Assembly: GCF_016433145.1 (NCBI RefSeq) | Contig: NC_058130.1 | Span: 615,369,412 to 615,433,411, forward strand | Length of the DNA stretch: 64,000 nucleotides | From: Gracilinanus agilis | Taxonomy: Eukaryota | Reading direction: 5' to 3' | Shown here: piece after piece, positions 26,330 to 37,639 of the stretch | Numbering within the stretch: position 1 is the first letter of the stretch | Layout of the letters: each line of letters starts with the position of its first letter | Notes under the pieces: generated by a model | Told to the model about the DNA's origin: nothing | What the model saw: the letters and a program-made list of their open reading frames with translations, nothing else | Database searches by the model: none | Made by a program: the position numbers and the translations under genes

Positions 26330-27029
26330 TGTGAGAGTTATAAAAGTGGTTTCAGTTTATAAAATATTTGCCCCTAAGTCAAAATGACTATTAGCAGCTT
26401 TTATTTACAACAAGGTAGTGATGGTGAAAGTGGGAAATATAAGAAGGAGAAAAAGCCTGGTCTAGCCTACCAGCTCTAAGTGCTGCTCTGCTGAAGTCCA
26501 GCTCAGCCCCCAGTACCGGCTTCCCCAAGTCCCATTCTCCCCATGAATTTCCCGGTAGTCCTCAGCCAGAAGTCCTGGTAGTATCTTCAGCCAAAGTTCA
26601 ACCAATGCAAAATCACTCCAAGGAAAAGCATGTCTATTCAGCTCTACTCACCAGCACAGAATCCAAGGGAAGAGTCTCTCCAAGGAACCAGCCTCTCCAA
26701 AACCAAGGAAGCAAAGAGATCCAAGGAACCAGTCTCTCCAAAAACCAAGGCAGGAAAGAGGCCAGATCATATTGGTCTCTTCTTTTATACCCCTTTTTCC
26801 CACATCATTTCCTATCTCTCTCCCCTCTTCACAGGAACCAATTACAGTCTTTCAATTTGCCTAGCACTGCCCAGGGGAGGCAGTACTTGTGGCCTTTGGG
26901 AGTGTGAACTAGTAAGTGACTTGTGAGCTCTCTTTCCTAATGGTTAACTAGCTACTAAGTAGGGATACTTTAAGTTCTTGATTTGATTAACTAAAAGTAG
27001 GCAAAGGGAGAGTTAATTCTATCTTCACA
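26330..27029 (-). mobile_element. Solo ERV-type LTR, 700 bp
   Basis: Inverted termini TGTGA...TCACA. On the minus strand TATAAAA at 26789-26783 precedes AATAAA at 26405-26400. Internal ~41-bp tandem duplication at 26679-26760. No matching TSD seen. Confidence 0.8.
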
Positions 27030-27300
27030 CCCCTCTGATCTCTGGAGAACTATCTTTTCTCATCTCTGCCTCTTGGCTTCCCTGGCTTCCTTCAGGTCCC
27101 AGATAAAATGCCATCTACAGGAATCCTTTCCTGATTTTCCTTAATTCTAGGGCTTTTCCTCTGTTGATCATCTCCAATTTAAATCTTGTTTGTACATAGT
27201 TTAAATTTTGCCTTCCCCATTAGGCCATGAGCTCCATGAGCAGGGACCATTTTTTTTTTTATTAAGAATTAAGTAAATTCTCAATAAATATTTATTGGCT
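27030..27300 (+). mobile_element. L2 3' end abutting the LTR
   Basis: ctcatctctgcctcttggcttccctggcttccttcaggtcccag...ctcaataaatatttattggctgac. Confidence 0.72.
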
Positions 27301-27899
27301 GACTATTTCCCAAAGTCACACAGGTAAGAAGTAGCAGGGCCAGATTTTGAAGCTAGGTATCTCAAATGACCAACAAGCATTTGTTAAGCTCCTACTGTAT
27401 TTATAAAGTACCTACTGTATACTTGGCACTATATATACTAGGTGTTAAATCCAAATGTTTGGCTTTCCATTGTATCACACTCTGTGATTATTATGGTCCC
27501 TTCCAACTTTAGCATTCTGCAATTCTAGTTCTGGTTTATTATATAGCCCTTTTACTGTATGGAAAGAAATCAGAGCATTAGATAAGTAGAAAGAAAGTTA
27601 TAGGAGCAACTTTTATACCTGATGAAGCTGGCTGTAAGAAATGGGGAATTAGGTCTGGAATTTTCACCTTGTATCTCCTAGCCAAATTCTACCAAAGATA
27701 CATAATCTCTCCATCCTTTTACCTTTCCCAATTCCTAGTGCGTTTGTGGGTACAGAGTGACAGCATTAGTGAGTCTCTTTTCACTTCAAGTGGTACTAGT
27801 CAAGGTTTTTGTTGGTTGGGTATGAGTTAAACTAGACAACTTCAGAAGCCCATTCTAGCTCTGAGAATCTGAAATGCCCATTATGCAAAGTAATACAAA

Positions 27900-28430
27900 A
27901 GTACAACCCAGGGATGTAAATCAAATACTCTATAAGGTCTTTGGAGGAAAGATCACTGATCAGGGGTATGGTAAAGATCAGAAAAGGCTTCTTGGAGGTA
28001 GTGGTATTTGAGTAAGAATTAAATGTGGGGGTTGCAGAGGAAACCAGGCATTGGGAACAGTGTGGACAAAGGCATGGAGATTGGGAAGCTTGGGGTCATG
28101 GTGAATAGTCTAGTTCAGTTTAAGAATAGAATACGGAAAATGGAATAATATGAGATAAGATTGTAAGCTTGGATAGGTACAGATCTTAAAAAGATTTAAA
28201 CTTTAGGCTAAAGAGTTTGAGCTTTATTTGATAAGCAAAATGAGGCCACTAAGGAGTCATAAGTCATATGACCAGATTTTGCATGAGGAATATCCATCTG
28301 CCAATAGTGAAGGATGAGTAAGAAGTGAAGAGGCCTGTTTGGAACTTAGTCTTGGGCAAGTAATAAAGAGAAGCCTATATTAGGACACTGTAGTGGAAAT
28401 AGAAAAGAGAATAAATGCAGTAGATATTCA
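27900..28430 (-). mobile_element. L2 fragment
   Basis: gatcagaaaaggcttcttggaggtagtggtatttgag and further antisense L2 text. Confidence 0.6.
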
Positions 28431-28565
28431 GAAAGAAGCTTACTCTCAATATGACAAAGTTTTCATCTGAACATTAGTAGTTATACTCTTGGCTTACTGA
28501 AAATGTCTGAGACATTTTAAATAACTGCATTCTTTTGCTCATTTTTTGTAATTTTCTTTTCCCTT

Positions 28566-28715
28566 CTTGATACCAAATTCTTCCATCATTTCAGGCTAAA
28601 AGCAGTATGCCAACCTTTAACATCTGCTTTCTTTCCTCCTAATCTTCTGTTGAATTAGTAAATAGATATCCAAAGTTGATAGAATTGTGTATAAAGTAGT
28701 AGTAAATAGTCTGAA
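28566..28715 (+). repeat. Copy B of the unassigned ~150-bp duplicated segment
   Basis: See copy A at 25652-25800. Confidence 0.85.
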
Positions 28716-29539
28716 GTAACTTTATAGGCCATTTACTTTCTGGTTCTCAGCTGTATTTGGGAGAGAGAAGGTAGCTATGCTGGAAAAAAAGGCTTTCTCT
28801 TTTGCTGTCAGGGTCAACCCACCACCTGTTATAAAAGGGGAAGAGAAAAGGACAGGGATGAGTGAGTGAGAAGGGTCTCTGTGTTATGGTCACAAGAACG
28901 ATCTAGCTCATTCTCAGTTACTCAAGTGCTAATTATTTGAACTTGTGAATTCTCCAGTCCTTTGTTTTTTCTTCTACCTGCTCTGTTTTAATACTGGAGA
29001 TGGATAGAGGTATTGAGAGAGAAGTGAAGCCCAAATTGGCCCATTTGTCTCCTTGTTAGCAATGTTTATAAAATGTTAAAGCAATGGAGTATTTTAAGCC
29101 TAATGGCTAAAATAGGCTCTTCAATTATTCTTGCTTTTCTTTTTTCCAGTAAGATTAATAATTTAAATATTTAGCTGCATACCCAGCCCTCAAGGTGTAT
29201 GTATGTCCAGTAAATTTGAAGCCATTCAAAGGGCAACATGGAGTGGTACAATACAAAGGACACTTATGCAAAAATACAATTATATAGGTGGTTCCACTTG
29301 ATTTTAAGAGATATGCTGTAATTTAAAATCCAAATGGAAACATTATTAAGACCACATTTATTTAAGAGCCCAACCTCATTAGATTGATTTAAGGCACATT
29401 TGAAAGACATTTATTTAGTCCCTATAATATTCAAAGCAGGTGATTTTATATGTTAAAGATATTATAGTTGATTAATTTCACTTGGGGGATAAGTGGGGAG
29501 TGGCTACCATACATTAAATTATTGAAGAGTTTGGGATTA

Positions 29540-29700
29540 AAGGCCTACCTCCATTACTGTGTGATCTTAAATATTCCATATGACGTCTTTGACCCTCAGT
29601 TTTCTTATCTGTAAAATGTTGATAATAACACTGCCTACTGAAGAGATTTGGTGTAAGAATAGAATGAGAAAATGTTTATAAAGCACTATGTACACTTCTG
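29540..29700 (+). mobile_element. MIR SINE (CORE and tail)
   Basis: ccctcagttttcttatctgtaaaatg...ataacactgcctactgaagag...gtttataaagcact. Confidence 0.72.
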
Positions 29701-30894
29701 CAGCTATTATTGCTATCTTTGTCATGCAGATGGGAACCTAAATTCTGTGACCCTGCAACACATGCAGGAAGAGAAAATGCAATTTCCCTGGAACATGTCC
29801 TTATCAGAAGTAGCTGGGGAGGTGAGAAGAGGATGGCTTTGGGGAAAGCTACAGACAAGCTCATAGACTGATGTCAAATTCCAAGTATTAATTCCAAGGC
29901 TTAGTTTTTGTTTTGGCTTTTGGTTTTTTTAAGCAGCAATTTAGGCCATTACTTCTATATAAATAAGCATTTCCAAAACTAAACAAAAAGAAGCCAATAG
30001 CCCCACAAGCACTTGATCTGTATGCCTTAGAGTGCAGTGGCTGAACTTAGATGGTAGGTGGCCTTTACTCTGATAAATTGGTTTACATTGTGAAAAATCT
30101 ATGTGTGTGTAACCAAATGTCACCAGACTAAAAGTTTAATCAGGATAGATTTGGGTGTTAACAAGAAGTTTAATTTCAATTCATTTACAGGTTAAAGATT
30201 TTAAGTGGTTTCTAAGTGCTGAATGCAGGATGTAAACAGGAATGTCTCTTAGACAATCTATCTGCAAAATGTGAGAAGAATACCTGCTAGAAAAGAGTAG
30301 TGATTACAAGCTCTCCAAAAGGTTTGGCATCTCCTATTTAGAGAGAGAGAAAATGAGAATTGTTTATATACATAGGTATATATGTATATAAAAATATAAA
30401 TATTTAATTTTTCTTTAAAAATAGCTTTTCATGTTCATGTTCAGTATCAAGAAAGACCAACATTTTTAAATTTGGTTTTTCGATCTTGTTCTTTAATGAA
30501 ATAACCTCTTGGTGCTCATACTAAATGTAATACTATGAAGCTTTCTTCCTCAATAGAAGCTATCTATTTAATCTATGGGTTCAAAGAAAAGAGAAGGGAA
30601 ATATATTAAAGAACAGAGTAGCTGGCTCTTATAATTTCCTAATGAAATTGTTTAAATTCTGATTGGACCTGATATTTCATTAATACAAGAATTATTTGGT
30701 GAGGAGTTTTCTCTAACAAAGCTGAGCGCCTTCTTTGCAACTTAAGGTCTTATAGTATATCTGAGCATCAAAATCTTAAGCAGTTTGGCCTAAGTCACAC
30801 ATAGCCATTATGTGTTGTTGTGAGGAGGATTACTTAGTTATTATTTAGGAGACCTAACAGGAAGGACTTGAGGATTCCAAATGGAATGGGGAAG

Positions 30895-31004
30895 CATCAA
30901 GGAAACCAATTATATTGGAATAAAAATGTTATATATTCTTTTCCTATCCAAGTGTATGGGTCCTCTGAAATCTATCCAGATTGACCCTAGGTTAAGAACC
31001 CCTG
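30895..31004 (-). mobile_element. hAT-Charlie type MITE, partial
   Basis: Ends gaccctaggttaagaacccctg, the reverse complement of CAGGGGTTCTTAACCT. The internal aggaaaccaattatattg matches the 33787 copy in reverse. Confidence 0.65.
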
Positions 31005-31494
31005 GCTTCAAACTTGCCTTAAGTAGCCAGTTATATAAACTCTTTTCCAAGAAGAAAGAGATGGCAACCCCAAACTATAGCAGTTTAGAGTATAAAGTTT
31101 GGAAAAAAACCTTACAAAGGGAGATGGTGAGAGATTGTGAGCAATATTACTTCTTAAAACAGCATGAATCAGTACAGCCAAAAGTTTACTGAAAGCTTCA
31201 CAAGAGACTCAATTAAATCATGTCATGCTGAGGTCATTTAAGGATGAGCATGAAAGGAAGACAACAAATAAATGGGACATTTTAAAAGATTTGTAAAGAT
31301 TGTTTATAAGAAACTTCTTTCCCCGTCAGTGATAGTGGAGGCACCCAGTTACTCTCTTAATATCACAGTTCTCAGTGTGCCACATGAAGAGCTGTAAAAA
31401 AATTTAAGAAAACAAATGGAAAAAGAAAATATTTCCAGCTCTTGTTAGTATATTTGACTACATTGGGTTGCCCTCCTTATGAAAAATGTGCAGA

Positions 31495-31670
31495 GGGTGC
31501 ACTAGGTGGCTCAGTACATTCAGAGTCAGGCGGTCCAGGATTCAAATCTGACCTCAGATGCTTCCTAGCTGTGTGACCCTGGGCAAGTCACTTAAGCTCT
31601 ATTGCCTGGCCTTACTCCTCTTCCTCCGTGGAACCACACAGTTTTAATTCTAAGATGGATGGAAGGTAAG
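31495..31670 (+). mobile_element. Older tRNA/CORE SINE next to the assembly gap
   Basis: ctaggtggctcagt...ttcaaatctgacctcagatgcttcctagctgtgtgaccctgggcaagtcacttaa...ggaaggtaaggg. Confidence 0.82.
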
Positions 31671-31713
31671 GGGAAAGAGACTGGGGATTGTGGAGTGAGA
31701 GGAGGGGAAGAGA

Positions 31714-31851
31714 NNNNNNNNNNNNNNNNNNNNNNNNNNNNNNNNNNNNNNNNNNNNNNNNNNNNNNNNNNNNNNNNNNNNNNNNNNNNNNNNNNNNNNN
31801 NNNNNNNNNNNNNNNNNNNNNNNNNNNNNNNNNNNNNNNNNNNNNNNNNNN
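31714..31851. other. Assembly gap (138 N)
   Basis: Run of n, directly after a purine-rich stretch at a SINE tail. Confidence 0.99.
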
Positions 31852-32228
31852 CAAGTGTTACTTTGGCCAAAAATGGAGAGGGGTTGCAGTTTTGCATCTT
31901 GGGAAGGGATACCCATATTAGGGATTCATAGATCCAGCAGAGTATGTAGATGAGCTCTGGAGGCCCGGAAGCCAACAGCAGTTAGCTGACTGAAGTATAT
32001 TGAATCAGTTCCATTCAAAAGAGACAGAAGGACACTATGGAGCGCTGGATTTGCAATCAGAGCAAAGTGGGTACAAAGCCCAGGTCAGCCACCTATTAAC
32101 CAGTGCAATTTTGAACAAGTCAAGTTTTCTTCTCTGTAAAAGAATAGGTTGGACTATGTAGCTTGGAAAGTCTCTTCTAGCTTATAACCTTTGGTCCTAT
32201 AAATATTTTTTAAGTATCTGTGACATAA

Positions 32229-32400
32229 GGAGCAGCTAGGTGACAGTGGATAGAGCACTAGGCCTGGAATTGGGAGGACCTGAGTTCAAATTTAACCTCA
32301 GACACTTCCTAGCTTTGTGACCTTAGGCAAATCACTTAATACCTTTGTAGCCCTTGCCCTTCTGTCCTACAATGGCTAAGACAGAAAATAAGGTGTTTTT
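32229..32400 (+). mobile_element. Marsupial CORE SINE (Mar3/MAR-like)
   Basis: ggagcagctaggtgacagtggatagagcactaggcctgg...tagcccttgcccttctgtc. Confidence 0.8.
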
Positions 32401-32524
32401 TTTTTTTTAAGTATCTGTGGCATAGAAGGTACTGTACAAAAGAATCAGAGTCAAGCAAGGCCCCTACACTTTGAAAGTTGACAGTAATTATGATGGCGTA
32501 CTTTTGTGCTATTAATACTATTGT

Positions 32525-33200
32525 ATTATTAGATGAGAGTGGAGGTTTCTGGGGGACAAAACCAAAACATGGCAAGACCACATGAACTGATGCAAAATGA
32601 AATAAAAAGAAACTGGGAGATCATTGTGCACAGTAACAGCAATGTTGCAATGATGATCAGCTGTGAGAGACTTGGTCACTCTTTTTTTTTTTTTTTTTTT
32701 AATAAAAATCTTTAACTTCTGTCTTGGAGTTAATACTGTGTATTGGTTCCAAAGCATAAGAGTGGTAAGAGCTAGGCAGTCGGGGTGAAGTAACTTGTCC
32801 AGGGTCACACAGCTAGGAAGTATCTGAGGTCAAATTTGAACCCAGGACCACCTGTCTCTAGGCCTGGCTCTCAATCCACTGAGCCACCCTTGTGATCCAA
32901 GACAGTGATCAACTTATCAACACAGTGATCCAAGACAATTCCCGAAAGACTCATGAAAACATGCTATCCACATCCAAAGAGAGAACCAGTGAACTCTAGG
33001 TGCACATTGAAGTATAATTGTGTTGCTTCTTTATTTTTCTTGCTTTTTTGTGAAGTGACTAATAAGGAAATGTGTTTTGTAAGATTTCACATATATAATT
33101 GATCTCATTAATATCATTTTGCTTGCCTTCTCAGTGGGTAGGAAGGAGTAGAAGAGAGGAAAAGAATAATAAGGAAAGGGAGGAAGGTCAATAAATAAAC
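32525..33200 (+). mobile_element. L1 3'UTR fragment interrupted by a SINE
   Basis: catgaactgatgcaaaatgaaat...gatgatcagctgtgagagactt | gtgatccaagacaattcccgaaagactcatg...tttgtaagatttcacatatataa. Confidence 0.8.
32682..32889 (-). mobile_element. tRNA/CORE SINE nested in the L1 3'UTR
   Basis: A 19-nt T run followed by the antisense SINE body. The extreme 5' bases of the SINE are missing. Confidence 0.88.
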
Positions 33201-33559
33201 TTTAGAAAATAGAGAAAAATAGTTTTAATAGTGGAGATAAAATGAATACACAGAAAAATATTAAACAAGGTAGAATATGAAAAGCCTACCCAAAATGCTT
33301 TTGGGGCAGTTTGGAAGGACTCTTGTTAGCCATTGGGATATAGGCATAGGTAGAAGACTCAAAAATTTCATTTTTACCACAAAGAATTTAAGGTGGTAGA
33401 GTGACATTCAGTGGGAATAGTCTCCTAAATACTGCAAATTATGGTGTACAATAGAAGGAAAGAGGCTATGGCTGGGGGATAAGGGTAGGTAAGGAGGGAG
33501 ACAGAGAGAGAAAGAGAGAGAAAACACCAAAAATAGACCTCATCTGAGGAAAATTTTTT

Positions 33560-34110
33560 AAATCAGTTAATCAATAAACATTTATTGAATGTATTATATA
33601 ACAGGTTCTTATGGGCTTTAAATGCCAATTTAAAAGAGTTTATATTTGGTCCCAGGGGCAAGAGAAAGTAACCAGACTTTATTGAGTACAAGAGTGCTGT
33701 GGCCAGACCTGGACTTTAGGAAAATCACGTTGTCAGTTTTGTAGTATGGTTTGGAGTAGGAAGAGACTTTAAGCAAACAGACCAGTTAGGATTTCTTCAC
33801 CTAGGTTCTCTGAATTAGTTTTAATATTTTGATAACTAAGCATAACTGGTTTGCTTTGCAGTCCTATGTATTATTATAATGTATTTAAAAATATTATTCT
33901 GAGAAAGACTACATAGGTTTTTCCAGCCAGTACAAAGGATCTATGACCAAAAAAAAAATGTTAAGAACCCCTAAATTTGGAAGATTCTGCAATAATCCAG
34001 GTGAGAGATAATGAAGGCCTGAACTACCGTTGTGGCTGTATAAGTGAAGAAGAGGGGGCAGCAGATGAAGACAGCAGATGATTTTCCCAAAGCAGTGGGT
34101 GTAGAGGAAG
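33560..34110 (-). mobile_element. L2 fragment interrupted by a Charlie-type MITE
   Basis: aatcaataaacatttattgaat at the start, with L2 text on both sides of 33787-33973. Confidence 0.6.
33787..33973 (+). mobile_element. hAT-Charlie type MITE (~187 bp)
   Basis: Degenerate left TIR taggatttcttcacct and right TIR gttaagaaccccta. No TSD recovered. Confidence 0.72.
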
Positions 34111-34704
34111 AAAAGTAATTTTATTTGAAATACAAGCCTAGCTGTTTTGGTGGCTATATCCTGCTTTTGCACATTTAATGGTGGTTGTTATTCTGTTGCC
34201 CTTTATGTGTTAATTTTTATGCCTTATTTCAAACAGCATATGACTCATATTACGATTTTCATAATGCCAGATATTGTGCAGCAGCTGGCTGCTATTTTCA
34301 TTATGACATCTGTGAATTTTTCTTTGAAATGTTCCTTTTCAGTGAAATAGTTTAGAGGTTGGTATCTGGAATGCATAGGAAGACAGTTTACCCAGGTAAT
34401 CAGTATGTTATAGAAATAGTTGTGGAGGTAAGGAATGGACTACAATATAACAAAGGACTCTTCCCCATCTTAAGCATTCAAGGTATGAGGAGAGCAGAAG
34501 CAATTCTGCTAAAGTCAAGTTGGAGTTTCTCTCTTGGAGAAAGCAGAGAGGATAAGCTCCAACCTGAGTAATTAGTTTGAAGGCAGTTTCACTGGAGTTT
34601 CTAAGTCAAACAAAGAATCTTCCCTAGGGGCAAAAGAAAACAACTTATAATTTGAAGTGGCCTTAGGGGTGGATCTTTTGTTGCTATTTAGCCTCTTTCC
34701 TCGA

Positions 34705-34892
34705 GGCCTACTGTTCCCAGCCCCATTTGGGGTTTTTCTGGGAAAGATACTGCAGTGGTTTGCCATTTCCTTCTCCATCTCGTTTTACAGATGCTGAAAC
34801 TGAGACACAACTAGTAAGTTTCTGGAGTCAGATTTAAAGTCAGATCCTCCTAACTCCAGGCCTGTTCAATCCATTGCACCACCTTGCTGCCC
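34705..34892 (-). mobile_element. CORE SINE with RTE-type 3' tail (MAR1-like)
   Basis: The reverse complement has a tRNA head, tctcagtttcagcatctgtaaaa, then tggagaaggaaatggcaaaccactgcagtatcttt, a BovB/RTE-like tail. Confidence 0.85.
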
Positions 34893-35619
34893 AAAGGGTA
34901 GATCTAGGAAGAGTAAAAGAAAAGATAAATGAGTGCCTGCTTCATTCTTTTCAGGGCATATGTGAGACTTGAACCACAGCTTTAGGTTTTTATAGACACT
35001 TTTAACAGACTTCAAGTTTCTTAAGGAACAAACTGGTCTCATTGATCATGAATCTCCCCTATGCATTCCATGTGACAGACATGGAATAAATGTTAAATGA
35101 TTAAATAGGTTCCTAGCCTTATTGCCATAGGTAAATTTTAAGTATGGGAATTGGAAGAGGGAGGAGAAAAATGAAAACAGCGAGTTGAATACATAGACCT
35201 AGGGAATTGGACCAGACTACTGAAACTGAATGTGAATTGTTTGGTATCTTAAGTTATTTCCATTTTTCTTAAAGTTTGAAGGAAATGAAAAATGTAGAGC
35301 CCTACACATCAATTATAGTACTCTTGTTTTGTCCTCAAAGATATTCCATGCCTGCCACTGACTGGCTTTATGAACAGAGTGAACACTGTGGCCTGTTTAT
35401 CTTTCTTCCTAGAAGGCCAGTGCTACATTATGAGTAGAGAATTAAAATGATGGAAATGAGTCTGGCTGGCACGATGCTTTTTCCCCTAGGAAAAATCATG
35501 CTGTGACAAAATCCACAGATGGTATAAAATAGTAAGACCAAATGATTCCTACTCTCCTATGTCCCCCCCAAAGAAAATGTATTTAAAAGAGGAGGAAAGT
35601 TTTGGGGGAAATATAGTGT

Positions 35620-36330
35620 CAGTTATCACTAATCAATAAACATCTATGAAGCCCCTATTATGTGCCAGGTTCTATGCTAAACACTGATTGCCCAGTGGTC
35701 AAAGCAAAACTATTTCTGCCTTAAAGGAGCCCTCATTCAATCTTTCATTCATATAAGTATCTATAAAACACATACAAGAAAAGATAACTATCAAGTGACA
35801 TTGGGAGGGAAGGAGCTGGGAACCAAAGGAAACTCTGAAGGGCCTCCTGAAAAATATAGAGCTTGAGTCAAGGCTTGAAGGACATTAGGGATTCCAAGTC
35901 ATGCAGGTGAAGACAGAGCATATTCCAGGCTAAGGGTACAACCAGTACTAAGGAACAGAGATGAGAATTAGAGCATTATATGTGAAAAGTGGTAAAAAGC
36001 TAGTTTGATTAGTTAGTAGAGTATGGGCAGAGGAATAAGAATTCGACCAAGATAGGATGGGATCCATTTTGTAAAAAACTTTATATGTCAAACGGAGCAG
36101 TTTATATTTGATCTTAGAGATGATAGGATCCCCCTGGAGTTTATTGAATAGAAACAAAAGTGACATGGTACTAGAGCTTAGTAGAGAGACTGAGGCTAGA
36201 TAGAGAGATCTATGAGTCATCTGCATAAAGATCAAACTCATAGAAGCTGAAGAGGGGACGCCAAGTGAGAGAGTGTAGAAAGGCCAGGACTCCCAGAACC
36301 TTGAGATACACCCAGAGTTAGGGGATATGT
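35620..36330 (-). mobile_element. L2 fragment including the 3' end
   Basis: aatcaataaacatctatgaagcccctattatgtgccagg and downstream L2 text. Confidence 0.7.
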
Positions 36331-37339
36331 CAGAAGGACTAATCAGATGCCCAAAAGCTTGCTTTTAACTAATGCCGTTAGAATGCTAATCACCTTCTGC
36401 TTAAAACTTTGTTAGGTTATCAGCTACAAATGTGATGATCCGGTATTTAATAAATTCTACTTGCAAGACAGCCTTCCATCACATTATGGGTGAATGGGCC
36501 TTCATTAAAGATTCATACCATCTGCTAGTACATAGAAGCCATAGTCATTGTCATTCCTAGGATTGGAATTGAGTGTTTATGATCCACTACATTAACATTC
36601 CAGTTGGCTCAGAAAGTTAAAGTTGAAGAGCTTTTCTCAGGATCATCTCAGACATGTAACAGTTCTTAAGCTGCCTTCTTTTCTACAGCCAGGTATTTAT
36701 ATTGAGAAGTTTGGATTTGCATTTTTAAATGCAAATAGAGTTGATGTTTGAAGAGATAATGGTTTTACTTTGACTTTTGATACATTGTCTAAAATTGTTC
36801 AAGGATATAACATAAACATTTTACACATCAAAAAATGTTTTCATCCCAACATGAGATGAGACAGAACAGGTGTTACTTTGCCCATCTTACATAACAGAAA
36901 ACTAAGTCTCCAGGATGTCAAATGACTTGCCCAAATTCATATAGAGTATGTAGATAAGAAGACCTAGCCAGGCCTTCTGACTCTAAGCCCATTGGTCTTT
37001 CTACCACGGCATGATCAAAGTACTGGTTCTTCTGATAGCAGAATGATTAGTTCCCTTTTTACTTTTTTAAACATTTTTTTGGTTTATTAGATTTAAATAC
37101 CCAATTTCTTTTTACTCTTTTGGTCTTTACATCATATCTCCTCTTGATTATTGATGTGGGTGTTGCATTTTAGGTGGCTTATGAAAAATAAGTGGTTAGA
37201 GAAAAGTAAATGATATTTAACAATATTCTTAAGTCTGTGTATGACTGATAGAAGAGTTTTAGTTAGGATGAAGGGAGGAGTGGGCCTTAACAGTAAGAGA
37301 TTTGTATTACCTTTCACAATTTTTTGAAGCAGGTTGGTA

Positions 37340-37635
37340 AGTAAAGCCCTAGACTTTGACTCTAGAGTCAAGAAAACTTGAGTTCAAAACCAGTCTTGGA
37401 CACTTATTAGCTAATTAACATACTCACTAGTGTGACTTGAGAAAATCACTTAACCTCTCTATTTGTTTCAGTTTCCTCATTTGTAAATTGAAGTAATATC
37501 AACTATACCAATAATTACTATAATAATTATTAATAATAGAGATAATAAACCTACCTGCCAGGGTTGTTTTGAGAAACAAATGAGATAATATTGCCCATAG
37601 CAGGTGCTAAATAAATGCTAGCTATTATTACTTCA
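37340..37635 (+). mobile_element. MIR SINE, near full length
   Basis: ctagactttgactctagagtcaagaaaacttgagttcaaa...tcagtttcctcatttgtaaa...aaatgctagctattatta. Confidence 0.8.
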
Positions 37636-37639
37636 CACC

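Noticed and set aside
13330-27300. Similarity between 13330-13650 and 27030-27300
   Set aside because: Both are L2 3' ends, so this is family similarity rather than a local duplication.
31852-31960. caagtgtta right after the gap resembles LYRM4 exon 1 (..AQVL..)
   Set aside because: It continues QVLLWPKMERG, not QVLSLYR. There is no LYR motif, no donor and no CpG island; the sequence looks like a SINE remnant.
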